32,000 bases of DNA from Demequinaceae bacterium (GCA_965250005.1 OZ252279.1:420001-452000), one strand, 5' to 3'; shown: positions 19,246 through 30,540, numbered from the stretch's first letter. Numbers and translations: made by a program. The notes: generated by a model not told the origin, from the sequence alone.

Positions 19246-20715
19246 ATGCCCGTATCCGCCCCTGAAACCACCGAAATCGCCGTCAATGACATCGGCTCGA
19301 GCGAAGATTTCCTCGCCGCTGTAGACGCGACAATCAAGAACTTCGACGACGGAGACCTCGTTGAGGGAACCGTCGTCAAGGTTGACCGCGACGAAGTCCT
19401 GCTCGACATCGGCTACAAGACCGAAGGCGTCATTCCTTCGCGCGAGCTGTCCATCCGCAACGATGCGAACCCGGACGAGATCGTCACTCTCGGAGACACC
19501 ATCGAAGCGCTGGTCCTCACCAAGGAGGACAAAGAAGGCCGCCTGATCCTGTCCAAGAAGCGCGCACAATACGAACGCGCCTGGGGTAGCATCGAAAAGA
19601 TCAAGGAAGAGGACGGCATCGTCACCGGTACCGTCATCGAGGTCGTCAAGGGTGGCCTCATCATGGACATCGGACTACGCGGCTTCCTTCCCGCCTCGCT
19701 CGTCGAAATGCGCCGCGTGCGCGACCTGGCTCCCTATATTGGCCAGGAGATCGAGGCCAAGATCATCGAGCTCGACAAGAACCGCAACAACGTGGTCCTG
19801 TCGCGCCGCGCCTTCCTCGAGCAGACGCAGTCTGAGGTGCGCTCGACATTCTTGACTGCGCTTGCGCCCGGGCAGCGCCGTACCGGCGTCGTGTCGTCCA
19901 TCGTCAACTTTGGTGCCTTCGTGGATCTTGGCGGCGTTGACGGCCTCGTTCACGTTTCCGAGCTTTCTTGGAAGCACATCGACCACCCTGGCGAGATCGT
20001 CACGGTTGGCGACGAGGTCAACGTCGAGGTGCTCGAGATCGACATGGACCGAGAGCGCGTCTCGCTCTCGCTCAAGGCGACTCAGGAAGACCCATGGGCC
20101 GTGTACGCGCGTACGCACGCGATCGGCCAGATTGTGCCCGGAAAGGTCACCAAGCTTGTCCCCTTCGGCGCCTTCGTGCGCGTGTTCGAAGGCATCGAAG
20201 GTCTGGTGCACATCTCCGAGCTCGCCACGCGTCACGTGGAGCTACCCGAGCAGGTTGTCGCTCCGGACGACGACGTGTTCGTCAAGATCATCGACATCGA
20301 CCTAGAGCGTCGTCGCATCTCGCTGAGCATCAAGCAGGCGAACGAGGGCGTCGACCCCGCAGGCGAAGACTTCGACCCCGCGCTCTACGGAATGACGGCC
20401 GAGTACGACGACAAGGGCGAGTACAAGTACCCCGAGGGCTTCGACTCCGACACCCAGGAATGGCGCGACGGCTTTGACGAGCAGCGCGAGGTGTGGGAGG
20501 CCGAGTACGCCAAGGCCAACGAACGCTGGGAACTTCACAAGGCGTTTGTCACCAAGTCCGATGCTGCCGCCGAGGCGGCGGGGCCTGTTGCCAAGCGTGC
20601 AGACACCGTCGACAGCTCGGCGTCGTTCATCTCTGAGGACTCGGACTCGGATGCAGGAACCCTCGCATCTGACGAGCGCCTAGCGGCACTTCGCGAGAAG
20701 TTGACCGGGGAGTAG
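19246..20715 (+). CDS. rpsA: 30S ribosomal protein S1
   Basis: VNDIGSSEDFLAAVDATIKNF, EGTVVKVDRDEVLLDIGYKTEGVIPSREL, and S1 repeats. ORF is open from 19177; candidate starts are ATG 19246 (GGAG at 19231-19234) and ATG 19222 (leaderless). Confidence 0.95.
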   Translation: MPVSAPETTEIAVNDIGSSEDFLAAVDATIKNFDDGDLVEGTVVKVDRDEVLLDIGYKTEGVIPSRELSIRNDANPDEIVTLGDTIEALVLTKEDKEGRLILSKKRAQYERAWGSIEKIKEEDGIVTGTVIEVVKGGLIMDIGLRGFLPASLVEMRRVRDLAPYIGQEIEAKIIELDKNRNNVVLSRRAFLEQTQSEVRSTFLTALAPGQRRTGVVSSIVNFGAFVDLGGVDGLVHVSELSWKHIDHPGEIVTVGDEVNVEVLEIDMDRERVSLSLKATQEDPWAVYARTHAIGQIVPGKVTKLVPFGAFVRVFEGIEGLVHISELATRHVELPEQVVAPDDDVFVKIIDIDLERRRISLSIKQANEGVDPAGEDFDPALYGMTAEYDDKGEYKYPEGFDSDTQEWRDGFDEQREVWEAEYAKANERWELHKAFVTKSDAAAEAAGPVAKRADTVDSSASFISEDSDSDAGTLASDERLAALREKLTGE

Positions 20716-21338
20716 TGCTCCGTATTGGACTGACCGGCGGAATTGCGGCCGGGAAGTCAGTCGCCGCGCAGCGCTTTGAGCAACTCGGAGCGCGTGTGGT
20801 GGATCACGACCAATTGGCGCGGCAGGCCGTTGAACCCGGCTCAGCAGCGTTGTCTGAGTTGGTGCGGGCGTTCGGCTCGACCGTGATTGTAGATGGGGGC
20901 CTCGATCGGAGTATTCTCGGTGAGATCGTTTTTCGCGACAGCGCATCGCTCTCAAGGTTGAATGCGATCGTGCACCCATACGTGTATGCGCTTGGCAAGG
21001 CCGCGGACAGGCAGGCTCGCGAGGATGGCGTGAAAGTGATCGTCCACGAGATTCCGCTACTGGTGGAGAGCGACCAGGCGGACGGCGAATACGACATGGT
21101 GCTGACGGTCGCGGCGCCCACCGTTGAGCGGCTGAAGCGGCTAATGGAAGGGCGTGGGCTCACGCACGCGCAGGCGATGGCGCGCATCGAGTCTCAAGCC
21201 ACGGACGAGCAGCGGGCGGCGGCGGCGGACATCGTGTTTGATGGCGGCGGAAGCGACCTCAAACTATTCCAGCAGGTAGACAGGTACTGGCACGACTCAA
21301 TTCCCGTGTCCGACCGTCCAGCTAGCCTATTAGAATGA
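20715..21338 (+). CDS. coaE: Dephospho-CoA kinase
   Basis: [42 protein letters not shown]; start overlaps the rpsA stop (TAGTG). Confidence 0.95.
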   Translation: MLRIGLTGGIAAGKSVAAQRFEQLGARVVDHDQLARQAVEPGSAALSELVRAFGSTVIVDGGLDRSILGEIVFRDSASLSRLNAIVHPYVYALGKAADRQAREDGVKVIVHEIPLLVESDQADGEYDMVLTVAAPTVERLKRLMEGRGLTHAQAMARIESQATDEQRAAAADIVFDGGGSDLKLFQQVDRYWHDSIPVSDRPASLLE

Positions 21339-23392
21339 CCTCTTCCGATTTGCGGCGCTCAGAGGCGCCGTTTGAAGTCATTTCCGACTTCACTCCCTCT
21401 GGCGATCAGCCCGCCGCAATCGCTGATCTCGCCACTCGCGTTCGGGCGGGAGAGCAGGACGTCGTCTTGCTCGGCGCCACCGGAACAGGAAAGTCTGCCA
21501 CCACCGCGTGGCTCATCGAGGAGCTTCAGCGGCCAACGCTCGTGATGGTCCACAACAAAACTCTCGCGGCTCAGCTTGCAAACGAGTTCAGAGAGCTTCT
21601 GCCCAACAATGCAGTGGAGTACTTCGTTTCGTACTACGACTACTTCCAGCCGGAAGCGTACGTTCCCCAGACGGACACGTACATCGAGAAGGACTCGTCC
21701 ATTAACGAAGAGGTCGAGCGGCTCCGCTACTCTGCTACCAATTCGCTACTGACCCGGCGGGACGTCGTAGTAGTTTCATCCGTCTCCTGCATTTACGGAC
21801 TCGGCACGCCTGAGGAATACATCCAGGGAATGGTCACCCTCGAAGTCGGGCAGCGCATCAATCGGGATGCCTTGCTACGCGCATTCGTCCGAATTCAATA
21901 CACGCGTAATGACCTAGCCTTCACCCGCGGGGCCTTCCGTGTGCGCGGAGACACGGTGGAGATCATCCCCGTCTACGAAGAACTCGCGATCCGCATCGAG
22001 ATGTTCGGTGACGAGATTGAGTCGATCCAAAGCCTGCACCCGCTCACCGGCAACGTGTTGGGTACGTGGCAGCAGGCGCACGTCTTTCCCGCCAGCCACT
22101 ACATCGCGAGCCGCGACCGGATGAGCCGCGCCATCTCGACCATCGAACAAGAGTTAGGAGCGCGCTTGGCGGAGCTCGATTCGCAGAACAAGCTACTCGA
22201 GTCCCAGCGCCTCAAGATGCGCACCACGTTCGACCTCGAAATGATGCAGTCGGTTGGCACGTGCTCGGGCATCGAAAACTACTCGCGGCATATCGAGGGC
22301 CGGGCGGCGGGCACCGCTCCACACACGCTGCTTGACTACTTTCCGGAAGACTTCCTGCTGGTAATCGACGAATCTCATGTGACGGTTCCCCAGATTGGCG
22401 CAATGTACGAGGGCGATTCGGCGCGCAAGCGCACCCTTGTTGAGCACGGTTTTCGCCTGCCATCGGCACTCGACAACCATCCGCTCAAGTGGCCCGAGTT
22501 TCAGGAACGCATCGGCCAGACGGTCTACTTGTCCGCGACTCCCGGCAAGTACGAACTCGATCGAGCGGACGGCACTGTCCAACAAATCATTCGGCCGACC
22601 GGGCTCGTTGACCCCAAGGTCGTCGTGAAACCGACTGATGGTCAGATAGATGACCTGCTCGAGCAAGTTCGCCAGCGGGTGGAATCCAACGAGCGGGTGC
22701 TGGTGACCACGCTGACCAAGAAGATGGCCGAAGACCTCACAGATTTTCTTGCGGACCGCGGTGTACGGGTTGAGTATCTGCACTCGGATGTTGACACACT
22801 TCGAAGAGTTGAACTGCTGCGCGAACTGAGAATGGGCAAGTTCGACGTGCTCGTGGGGATCAACTTGCTCCGGGAAGGACTCGACCTGCCGGAGGTTTCG
22901 CTCGTGTCGATCCTTGACGCGGACAAGGAAGGATTCTTGCGCTCCGCCACCTCTCTGATTCAGACCATTGGCCGCGCCGCCAGAAACGTTTCGGGCGAGG
23001 TCCACATGTACGCGGACCGCATTACGGACTCGATGGCAGTGGCAATAGACGAGACAAACCGCCGGCGCGAGATTCAGGTCGACTACAACACCGAGCACGG
23101 AATCGATCCCGAGCCGTTGCGCAAGCGCATCGGCGACATTACGGAGATGCTCGCCCGCGAAGACGCGGACACCGAACAAGCGCTCGGTGCGGCTGCTGAG
23201 AGCGGGCCGATTGGCAAGGGAAATGGCGAGGCTACAGGCCGACCAGCAGCCGAGCTTTCTGACCTGATCGCCGAGCTCACCGCGCAGATGCGTGGCGCGG
23301 CACAGGATCTTCACTTCGAACTCGCCGCCCGACTCCGTGACGAAGTCGGTGACCTCAAGAAGGAACTGCGGGAGATGACCAGCGCCCAGTAG
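21335..23392 (+). CDS. uvrB: Excinuclease ABC subunit B
   Basis: [65 protein letters not shown]; C-terminal UVR motif. Confidence 0.98.
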   Translation: MTSSDLRRSEAPFEVISDFTPSGDQPAAIADLATRVRAGEQDVVLLGATGTGKSATTAWLIEELQRPTLVMVHNKTLAAQLANEFRELLPNNAVEYFVSYYDYFQPEAYVPQTDTYIEKDSSINEEVERLRYSATNSLLTRRDVVVVSSVSCIYGLGTPEEYIQGMVTLEVGQRINRDALLRAFVRIQYTRNDLAFTRGAFRVRGDTVEIIPVYEELAIRIEMFGDEIESIQSLHPLTGNVLGTWQQAHVFPASHYIASRDRMSRAISTIEQELGARLAELDSQNKLLESQRLKMRTTFDLEMMQSVGTCSGIENYSRHIEGRAAGTAPHTLLDYFPEDFLLVIDESHVTVPQIGAMYEGDSARKRTLVEHGFRLPSALDNHPLKWPEFQERIGQTVYLSATPGKYELDRADGTVQQIIRPTGLVDPKVVVKPTDGQIDDLLEQVRQRVESNERVLVTTLTKKMAEDLTDFLADRGVRVEYLHSDVDTLRRVELLRELRMGKFDVLVGINLLREGLDLPEVSLVSILDADKEGFLRSATSLIQTIGRAARNVSGEVHMYADRITDSMAVAIDETNRRREIQVDYNTEHGIDPEPLRKRIGDITEMLAREDADTEQALGAAAESGPIGKGNGEATGRPAAELSDLIAELTAQMRGAAQDLHFELAARLRDEVGDLKKELREMTSAQ

Positions 23393-23434
23393 CGCACGTG
23401 ATTACCGCTTCAGGACGGCGCATAGGATGAACGC

Positions 23435-24439
23435 GTGAACGAGCCAATCGTGTGGAGTGCCACCATCGCGCTCGTCCTAGGTCTACTCACCTTTGATTTC
23501 TACGCGCACGTGCGGCGCCCGCATGAGCCGACATTCCGAGAGTCGGTTCGATGGACCGCGTTTTATGTTGGGCTCGCGCTGGCGTTCGGCGCATCGATGT
23601 GGTGGTGGCGCGGGGAGGCCGCCTCCAAGGAGTTCCTTGCCGGGTACATCACCGAGTGGTCCCTCTCCGTCGATAACCTGTTCGTGTTCCTGGTTATTCT
23701 GTCGCGATTTGCCGTTCCCCCGATCTACCGGCAGCGCGTGCTGCTCTTCGGCGTGGCACTGGCGCTAGTTTTGCGCGGACTCTTCATCGCCCTGGGCGCG
23801 ACGGCCCTGGCGCACTTCTCGTGGGTCTTCTATGGCTTTGGCGCCCTCCTTATCTATACGGCGATCGCGCTCGCCCGCGACGGGGGAGAGGCTGCGCCTG
23901 AGTACAAGGAGAATAGAGCCATGCGGGCTGTTCAGCGCTGGCTGCCCTCGACCGACAACTACCGCGGCGGCGCTGTCACGGTTGTTGAAGCCGGCCGCCG
24001 CCTCGTCACTCCGATGCTGCTCGTCATGATCGCGATCGGCACCACAGATGTACTCTTCGCGCTCGACTCGATTCCCGCGATCTTCGGCCTGACCACTGAT
24101 CCGTACATCGTCTTTGCTGCAAACGCCTTTGCCCTCATGGGCCTGCGGCAACTCTTCTTTGTCGTGGACGGCTTGCTCAGCAAACTCATCTACTTGTCCT
24201 ACGGGCTCGCTGTGGTACTCGGCTTCATTGGTGTCAAGTTGGTATTCGAGGCCCTGCTCCAGAACTCGTTGCCGTTCATCAACGGGGGCGAAGCAGTCGA
24301 ACTGGTTCCACACATCAGCATCGAAATGTCTCTTGCGGTGATTCTTGGCACGCTCGCCATTGCGGCATCGGCCAGCTTGCTCGTCTCGCGTTCACGCGCG
24401 AAACGCAGAGCAACTGCGAGTACACACGACGCGGGCTAG
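23435..24439 (+). CDS. TerC-family integral membrane protein
   Basis: EWSLSVDNLFVFLVILSRFAVP, IGTTDVLFALDSIPAIFGLTTDPYIVFAANAFALMGLRQLFFVVDGLLSKLIYLSYGLAVVLGFIGVKL. Confidence 0.93.
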   Translation: MNEPIVWSATIALVLGLLTFDFYAHVRRPHEPTFRESVRWTAFYVGLALAFGASMWWWRGEAASKEFLAGYITEWSLSVDNLFVFLVILSRFAVPPIYRQRVLLFGVALALVLRGLFIALGATALAHFSWVFYGFGALLIYTAIALARDGGEAAPEYKENRAMRAVQRWLPSTDNYRGGAVTVVEAGRRLVTPMLLVMIAIGTTDVLFALDSIPAIFGLTTDPYIVFAANAFALMGLRQLFFVVDGLLSKLIYLSYGLAVVLGFIGVKLVFEALLQNSLPFINGGEAVELVPHISIEMSLAVILGTLAIAASASLLVSRSRAKRRATASTHDAG

Positions 24440-24732
24440 GAAACGGGAGCGGGAGCCCTTCCCCACGTCGCGGCCCACCTACGCACCCGGAGCTTTGTCA
24501 CCAAATCCTGGGTGACATACGGGTCGCGCCGCACCATTTCCTCGACTTCCTCCGCAGTGTTCGACTCGACAATCAGCAGCGCTCCGGGCGACCCAGTGTC
24601 GTCGTAACGCCCGAAGGCGATCATCCTTCCTGTCTGCACCAAACCCGCGAGATACGCGCGATGTTCTGGCCTGTGGGCGTCCCTGAGATGGGACCTGTCG
24701 TCGTAGGTGTACTCCACCATGTAGGTTGGCAT
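24436..24732 (-). CDS. YciI-like protein
   Basis: 98-aa ORF with YMVEYTYDDRSHLRDAHRPEHRAYLAGLVQTGRMIAFGRYDDTGSPGALLIVESNTAEEVEEMVRRDPYV. Confidence 0.8.
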   Translation of the reverse strand: MPTYMVEYTYDDRSHLRDAHRPEHRAYLAGLVQTGRMIAFGRYDDTGSPGALLIVESNTAEEVEEMVRRDPYVTQDLVTKLRVRRWAATWGRAPAPVS

Positions 24733-24783
24733 GCCCCTAACTTAGGGGGCAAGAGGCCGCGCGCCGGGGAAAGCGACACGCCG

Positions 24784-24799
24784 TCGAACATTTGTTCGA
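24784..24799 (+). promoter_or_regulatory. LexA-binding SOS box upstream of uvrA
   Basis: TCGAAC-ATTT-GTTCGA, a perfect palindrome of the actinobacterial TCGAAC-N4-GTTCGA type. It overlaps a -35-like TTGTTC (24792-24797), 17 nt from TACCAT (24815-24820). Confidence 0.85.
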
Positions 24800-24826
24800 C
24801 TCGACTGTTCGAAGTACCATAGGCAA

Positions 24827-27667
24827 GTGAACGAGAAGCTGCTGATCCGTGGTGCCAGAGAGCACAACCTTAAGTCCATAGACCTTGACCTACCGCGCGA
24901 CGCACTGATCGTATTCAGCGGGCTCAGTGGCTCGGGAAAGTCCTCTCTCGCTTTCGACACCATCTTTGCCGAAGGGCAACGGCGGTACGTTGAATCGCTC
25001 TCAGCTTACGCGCGACAGTTCCTGGGGCAGATGGACAAACCAGACGTCGACTTCATTGAGGGACTATCGCCCGCGGTTTCGATCGACCAGAAATCCACCA
25101 ACCGCAACCCGCGATCCACGGTCGGCACAGTCACAGAGGTTTACGATTACCTGCGGCTGCTGTACGCACGCGTCGGCGTTCCTCACTGCCCGGAGTGCGG
25201 TGAGCTGGTCACGGGCCAGACCGCGCAGCAGATTGTCGACTCGGTGCTAACCCTTCCCGAAGACACGCGATATCAGGTGCTCGCGCCGGTGGTCCGCGGC
25301 CGCAAGGGCGAATATCAGGACCTGTTCGATGAGTTGCAGCAACAGGGGTTTGCGCGCGCGCGCGTCGATGGCGAGACTATTCAGTTGAGCGAGCCTCCCA
25401 CGCTAGAGAAGAAGCTCAAGCACAACATCGAGGTTGTTGTCGACCGGCTCGTGGCGCGACCAGGTATCCGCCAACGCTTGGCCGACTCGGTGGAAACCGC
25501 ACTTCGCATCGCGGACGGGCTACTAGTCATCGATCCCGTGGACGATGACAGTGAAGCGCGCCGCTACTCAGAGAAACGCGCGTGCCCCAATGATCATGTG
25601 CTGACACTGGAAGAAGTCGAACCACGCACCTTTTCGTTCAACGCTCCTTACGGCGCATGCCCCGAGTGCACCGGCATCGGCATCAAGAAGGAAGTCGATC
25701 CGGATCTGGTTGTTCCCGACCCGGAAGTGAGTCTGAACGAGGGAGCACTCGCCCCGTGGGCAGCGATGGCGTCGGAGTACTTCGGTCGCATGATGACCGC
25801 CCTCGCCGCAGACCAGGGCTTCTCCATGGATGTGCCGTTCTCGGCGCTATCTGAGGATGCAAAAACGTCAGTGCTCTACGGCCAAGATTATGAAGTCCAT
25901 GTGAAATTCAAGAACCGCTATGGACGCGAGCGGCAATACACCACGGGCTTCGAAGGTGTCATCACGTGGATTGAGCGCCTGCATTCGCAAACGGAGTCGG
26001 ACTGGTCGCGCGAGAAGTACGAGTCCTACATGCGCGAGGTCCCGTGCCACGTTTGCGAGGGCACGCGCCTCAAGCCCGAGGTTCTCGCCGTCCATATCGG
26101 CGGAATGTCGATAGCCGAGGTATGCGAGATGTCTATAGCGCAGGCGCGGTCCTTCCTCGGGGACGCGAAGCTCGATGAACGCGGCAGGCAGATCGCGGTC
26201 CAAGTGCTCAAGGAGATCGACGCGCGTCTCGGTTTTTTGCTGGACGTTGGGCTCGACTACCTCACGCTGTCGCGTCCGGCGGCCACACTTTCGGGAGGCG
26301 AGGCCCAGCGCATCCGCCTCGCAACACAAATCGGCTCGGGTCTCGTTGGCGTTCTCTACGTCCTAGACGAGCCCAGCATCGGCTTGCACCAACGCGATAA
26401 TCACCGCCTCATTGAGACGCTTACGCGCTTGCGGGACCTTGGCAACACGCTGATCGTTGTCGAGCACGACGAGGACACCATCAAAACTGCGGACTGGATC
26501 GTGGATATCGGCCCTGGCGCGGGTGAGCACGGCGGTGAAGTGGTGCACTCGGGAACCCTCGATGGATTGCTAGCGAACGAGCAGTCCTTGACAGCCGCCT
26601 ACGTGTCCGGCCGCAAAGTGATCGACCGGCCCGCCACTCGTCGCGTCGTTGACGCCGACCGGGTAGTGACGGTCATCGGCGCTCGGGAAAACAACCTGCA
26701 GGGAATCGACGTCTCGTTCCCCCTTGGGGTGCTCACGGCGGTAACCGGCGTGTCAGGCTCAGGGAAGTCCACGCTGGTGAACGGGATTCTGTATACCTCG
26801 CTCGCGAACACGCTCAACGGCGCGCGCCAAGTTCCCGGGCGGCACACGCGGATCGTCGGAGCAGGGCAACTCGACAAAATCGTCCACGTCGACCAAGGGC
26901 CCATCGGCCGCACGCCGCGATCCAACCCCGCGACGTACACAGGTGTCTGGGACAAGGTCCGCAAGCTCTTTGCCGAAACCGAGGAGGCTCGGGTGCGCGG
27001 CTACGGACCGGGGCGCTTCTCCTTCAACGTCAAGGGCGGTCGCTGTGAGTCATGCTCGGGCGACGGCACCCTGCGCATTGAGATGAATTTCCTTCCGGAC
27101 GTCTACGTTCCCTGCGAGGTTTGCAAGAGTGCTCGCTATAACCGGGAGACTCTCGAGGTCCACTTCAAGGGCAAGACGGTTGCCGACATCCTCAACATGC
27201 CGATCGAAGAAGGCGCGCGCTTCTTTGAGGCGATTCCTTCGATCGCACGGCACCTCAACACCCTCGTCGATGTGGGACTCGGATACGTCCGGCTCGGGCA
27301 GCCGGCGCCCACGCTCTCCGGCGGCGAGGCCCAGCGAGTGAAACTCGCAACCGAGCTCCAGCGCAGGTCCACGGGGCGCACCATTTACGTCCTCGATGAG
27401 CCCACCACGGGCCTTCACTTCGAGGATGTCAGCAAACTCCTCGGGGTGTTGCAGGGGCTTGTGGATAAGGGCAACACCGTCATCGTGATTGAGCACAACC
27501 TGGACGTCATCAAGAGCGCCGACTGGGTAATCGACCTTGGCCCCGAGGGCGGAGGGGGAGGCGGGACGCTAGTTTCGGAGGGCACCCCAGAGCACGTGGC
27601 ACAGATTCCGGCAAGCCACACCGGCACATACTTGGCCAGCGCTCTAGACCCCGTCCCTGCGGCGTAG
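24827..27667 (+). CDS. uvrA: Excinuclease ABC subunit A
   Basis: [63 protein letters not shown]; two ABC signatures; CxxC zinc modules. Confidence 0.99.
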   Translation: MNEKLLIRGAREHNLKSIDLDLPRDALIVFSGLSGSGKSSLAFDTIFAEGQRRYVESLSAYARQFLGQMDKPDVDFIEGLSPAVSIDQKSTNRNPRSTVGTVTEVYDYLRLLYARVGVPHCPECGELVTGQTAQQIVDSVLTLPEDTRYQVLAPVVRGRKGEYQDLFDELQQQGFARARVDGETIQLSEPPTLEKKLKHNIEVVVDRLVARPGIRQRLADSVETALRIADGLLVIDPVDDDSEARRYSEKRACPNDHVLTLEEVEPRTFSFNAPYGACPECTGIGIKKEVDPDLVVPDPEVSLNEGALAPWAAMASEYFGRMMTALAADQGFSMDVPFSALSEDAKTSVLYGQDYEVHVKFKNRYGRERQYTTGFEGVITWIERLHSQTESDWSREKYESYMREVPCHVCEGTRLKPEVLAVHIGGMSIAEVCEMSIAQARSFLGDAKLDERGRQIAVQVLKEIDARLGFLLDVGLDYLTLSRPAATLSGGEAQRIRLATQIGSGLVGVLYVLDEPSIGLHQRDNHRLIETLTRLRDLGNTLIVVEHDEDTIKTADWIVDIGPGAGEHGGEVVHSGTLDGLLANEQSLTAAYVSGRKVIDRPATRRVVDADRVVTVIGARENNLQGIDVSFPLGVLTAVTGVSGSGKSTLVNGILYTSLANTLNGARQVPGRHTRIVGAGQLDKIVHVDQGPIGRTPRSNPATYTGVWDKVRKLFAETEEARVRGYGPGRFSFNVKGGRCESCSGDGTLRIEMNFLPDVYVPCEVCKSARYNRETLEVHFKGKTVADILNMPIEEGARFFEAIPSIARHLNTLVDVGLGYVRLGQPAPTLSGGEAQRVKLATELQRRSTGRTIYVLDEPTTGLHFEDVSKLLGVLQGLVDKGNTVIVIEHNLDVIKSADWVIDLGPEGGGGGGTLVSEGTPEHVAQIPASHTGTYLASALDPVPAA

Positions 27668-27670
27668 GCT
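27665..27670 (+). promoter_or_regulatory. Putative uvrC -10 hexamer overlapping the uvrA stop codon
   Basis: TAGGCT, whose first three bases are the uvrA TAG, then GACCGC (6 nt) and GTG 27677. Confidence 0.4.
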
Positions 27671-27676
27671 GACCGC

Positions 27677-29560
27677 GTGAGCACGCCCGCGGATTACCGG
27701 CCCGCGCAAGGCAGCGTGCCTACCAAGCCAGGCGTTTACCGCTTTCGTGACCTGCACGGCCGCGTCGTGTACGTAGGAAAAGCCAAGAACCTCCGCTCTC
27801 GACTCGCCAACTACTTCCAGAATCCGCGGGCGCTCCACCCTCGCACGCGGGCCATGGTGACCGCGGCATCAGCCGTGGACTGGGCTGTCGTGAGTTCGGA
27901 GGTTGAGGCACTCGTACTCGAGCACACGTGGATCAAGCAGTACGACCCCCGGTTCAACGTCATGTTCCGGGACGACAAGAGCTACCCATTTCTTGCCATC
28001 ACAATGAGTGAAGAATTCCCGCGCATCCACGTGACCCGCGACGCCCGCAAAAAGGGAGTGAAGTACTTCGGCCCGTACGCGAAAGTTTGGGCGATCAACG
28101 AGACAGTGGACACGCTGCTCACCGCGCTTCCTATGCGATCGTGCTCGGCATCGACCTTCAAGAATGCGCAGCGCAGCGACCGTCCATGCTTGCTGGGATA
28201 TATCGACAAGTGCGCGGCTCCGTGCGTCGGCAAGATCGACGCAAACGCCCATCGTGCCCTCGCGGCAGAGGCATGCTCAGTACTTGCGGGCGATGCTAAG
28301 CGGCTAGTGCGCTCGCTTACCGGCGAGATGGAGCGCGCGTCTGCCGCAGAGCAGTTCGAGGCCGCCGGTCGGTCGCGCGACAAGCTCCATGCTCTCAACA
28401 CGGTGCTCGAGCGCAATGCGGTTGTGCTCGACCCTGGCGTGGACGCTGACGTTCTCGCAATCGAGGACGGCGAGTACGAGTCTGCGGCGCACGCGTTCTA
28501 TGTGCGGGATGGCCGGATTCTCGGCCAGCGCGGATGGATTATTGACAAGCCCGAGCCGCTGGAGCCCGCTGACGTAGTGGCGCAGTTGGTACAGGAGGTC
28601 TACGCTTCGGCGGAGGCCGGAGACATCCCTGCCGAGGTGCTCGTGTCCGCCGCGCCAACGGAGGCAACAAACCTGCGGGCGTGGCTCGCGGGAATTCGCG
28701 GCTCGCAGGTCTCGCTCAGAGTCGCGACACGTGGGAAGAAGGCGCAACTCCTGGAAACCGCGTCCGAGAACGCTCGTGACGCGCTCGCGCGGCACCGCAC
28801 CAAACGTGCGCAGGACATCAACGCGCGCTCGGCTGCGCTCCGCGAGGTGCAAGACGCGCTGGGCATGTCGGAGGCTCCGCTGCGCATCGAGTGCTATGAC
28901 ATTTCCCACACCGGCGGGCAAAACCAGGTGGCCTCGATGGTCGTATTCGAAGACGCGTTGCCGCGCAAGCGCGACTACCGGCAATTCACGATAAGAGATG
29001 CAACCGACGACACTGCGGCCATGAGCGAAGTGATCACCCGTCGCTTCACGCGACTGATCGAGGAGTCGAAGCTCCCCGTCGAGGAGCGAGAGACGGCGCG
29101 CTTCGCGTACCCGCCACAACTGGTCGTGGTGGACGGCGGTGAACCCCAGGTCAACGCTGCAAAAGCAGCGCTCGACGCGCTCGGAATCTCGGGGGTGGTG
29201 CTGTGTGGGCTAGCGAAGAGGCTTGAGGAGGTCTGGCTCCCCGGACAATCGTTCCCCGTGGTGCTCCCGCGCGGTTCCGAATCGCTGTACCTGATGCAGC
29301 GGGTTCGCGACGAAGCGCACAGATTCGCGATCCGGCACCATCGCGGAAAGCGCGCCAAGGCGCTCACCAAGTCCACGCTCGATCAGGTACCGGGGATTGG
29401 AGCGACGCGCGCGAAGGCACTGTTGCAACACTTCGGATCCGTCGAGCGGCTCAAGGAGGCATCTCCCGAACAAATCGCGCTGGTGCCCACCGTCGGCACG
29501 GCAATCGCAAGGAAGATTGTCGCTGCATTGCACCGCGACGATGGCATGCTTGAACCATGA
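27677..29560 (+). CDS. uvrC: Excinuclease ABC subunit C
   Basis: GIY-YIG region PGVYRFRDLHGRVVYVGKAKNLRSRLANYF; CLLGYIDKCAAPCVGKI; YDISHTGGQNQVASMVVFEDA; C-terminal helix-hairpin-helix region. Confidence 0.98.
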   Translation: MSTPADYRPAQGSVPTKPGVYRFRDLHGRVVYVGKAKNLRSRLANYFQNPRALHPRTRAMVTAASAVDWAVVSSEVEALVLEHTWIKQYDPRFNVMFRDDKSYPFLAITMSEEFPRIHVTRDARKKGVKYFGPYAKVWAINETVDTLLTALPMRSCSASTFKNAQRSDRPCLLGYIDKCAAPCVGKIDANAHRALAAEACSVLAGDAKRLVRSLTGEMERASAAEQFEAAGRSRDKLHALNTVLERNAVVLDPGVDADVLAIEDGEYESAAHAFYVRDGRILGQRGWIIDKPEPLEPADVVAQLVQEVYASAEAGDIPAEVLVSAAPTEATNLRAWLAGIRGSQVSLRVATRGKKAQLLETASENARDALARHRTKRAQDINARSAALREVQDALGMSEAPLRIECYDISHTGGQNQVASMVVFEDALPRKRDYRQFTIRDATDDTAAMSEVITRRFTRLIEESKLPVEERETARFAYPPQLVVVDGGEPQVNAAKAALDALGISGVVLCGLAKRLEEVWLPGQSFPVVLPRGSESLYLMQRVRDEAHRFAIRHHRGKRAKALTKSTLDQVPGIGATRAKALLQHFGSVERLKEASPEQIALVPTVGTAIARKIVAALHRDDGMLEP

Positions 29561-30477
29561 CAGACGAGGCTGATCGAGACTCCTTCCCATCAGGGTTGCC
29601 CAAGCCCGTATTCGAGATGCCTGCGATGCGACCTGCGCTACTGATCGTCACCGGAATGTCAGGAGCCGGGCGGAGCAAAGCCGCAGACGTACTTTCGGAT
29701 CTCGGTTGGTACGTGGTGGATAACCTTCCGCCGCAAATGCTTGGCGAGATGGTTGTCATGGCCGCACGCGAGAACTACACTCGCCTCGCGGCCATCGTCG
29801 ACGTGCGCGGGGGTGCGTTCTTCCGCGACTTCAAGGAGGTCGTGGATGACCTTGAAGCTCGCAGCGTTGAGTTGCGCATCATCTTTCTAGAGGCATCGGA
29901 CCGCGAGCTCGTCAATCGATTTGAGCAGGTTCGCCGCCCTCACCCTCTCCAGGGCGAGGGCACGCTACTCGACGGGATTCAGAACGAACGCGAGGCAATT
30001 GCCGAGGTCCGTAAGCGCGCCGATACGGTGATCGACACAAGCGAGTTCACGGTTCACGACCTCGCCGACAGGATGGTCGAAGAGCTGGGCGCTGAATCTG
30101 ATGTTGAACTCCTCGTCCACGTGCAGTCGTTCGGTTATCGCAACGGAATGCCCACGGACGCGGACTTTGTCGCCGACGTTCGCTTCCTGGACAACCCGCA
30201 CTGGGACCCGAACCTGCGGCCCCTCACGGGAAAGGATGAGGCCGTGCGCGACTTTGTCCTTAACGCCGAAGGTGCGAGCGAGTTTCTGGACGCGTACGTC
30301 GCGCTTGTAGACGTGGCCCTCCGCCGCTATCGCGCTCACGACAAACACCACGTCACGATCGCCGTCGGCTGCACGGGCGGCAGACACCGCTCGATCGCGA
30401 TTTCGGAAGCGATGGCGAATCGCCTTGAAGATCACGGCTACCGAGTCAAGACATCGCATCGGGACACCGAGGTCTAG
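29557..30477 (+). CDS. rapZ: RNase adapter / nucleotide-binding protein RapZ (YvcJ family)
   Basis: LLIVTGMSGAGRSKAADVLSDLGWYVVDNLPP, FLEASDRELVNRFEQVRRPHPL, AVGCTGGRHRSIAISEAMA; ATGA overlap with uvrC. Confidence 0.96.
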   Translation: MTDEADRDSFPSGLPKPVFEMPAMRPALLIVTGMSGAGRSKAADVLSDLGWYVVDNLPPQMLGEMVVMAARENYTRLAAIVDVRGGAFFRDFKEVVDDLEARSVELRIIFLEASDRELVNRFEQVRRPHPLQGEGTLLDGIQNEREAIAEVRKRADTVIDTSEFTVHDLADRMVEELGAESDVELLVHVQSFGYRNGMPTDADFVADVRFLDNPHWDPNLRPLTGKDEAVRDFVLNAEGASEFLDAYVALVDVALRRYRAHDKHHVTIAVGCTGGRHRSIAISEAMANRLEDHGYRVKTSHRDTEV

Positions 30478-30540
30478 TTGCCCTCTATCCGGAATTACTC
30501 GCTGGACACGGGCGTCCCCCATTAGTGGCAGAATTGCGCC

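Noticed and set aside
22193-23314. 373-aa ORF antisense to uvrB
   Set aside because: Same GC-driven artefact; no recognisable domain and no independent RBS or promoter.
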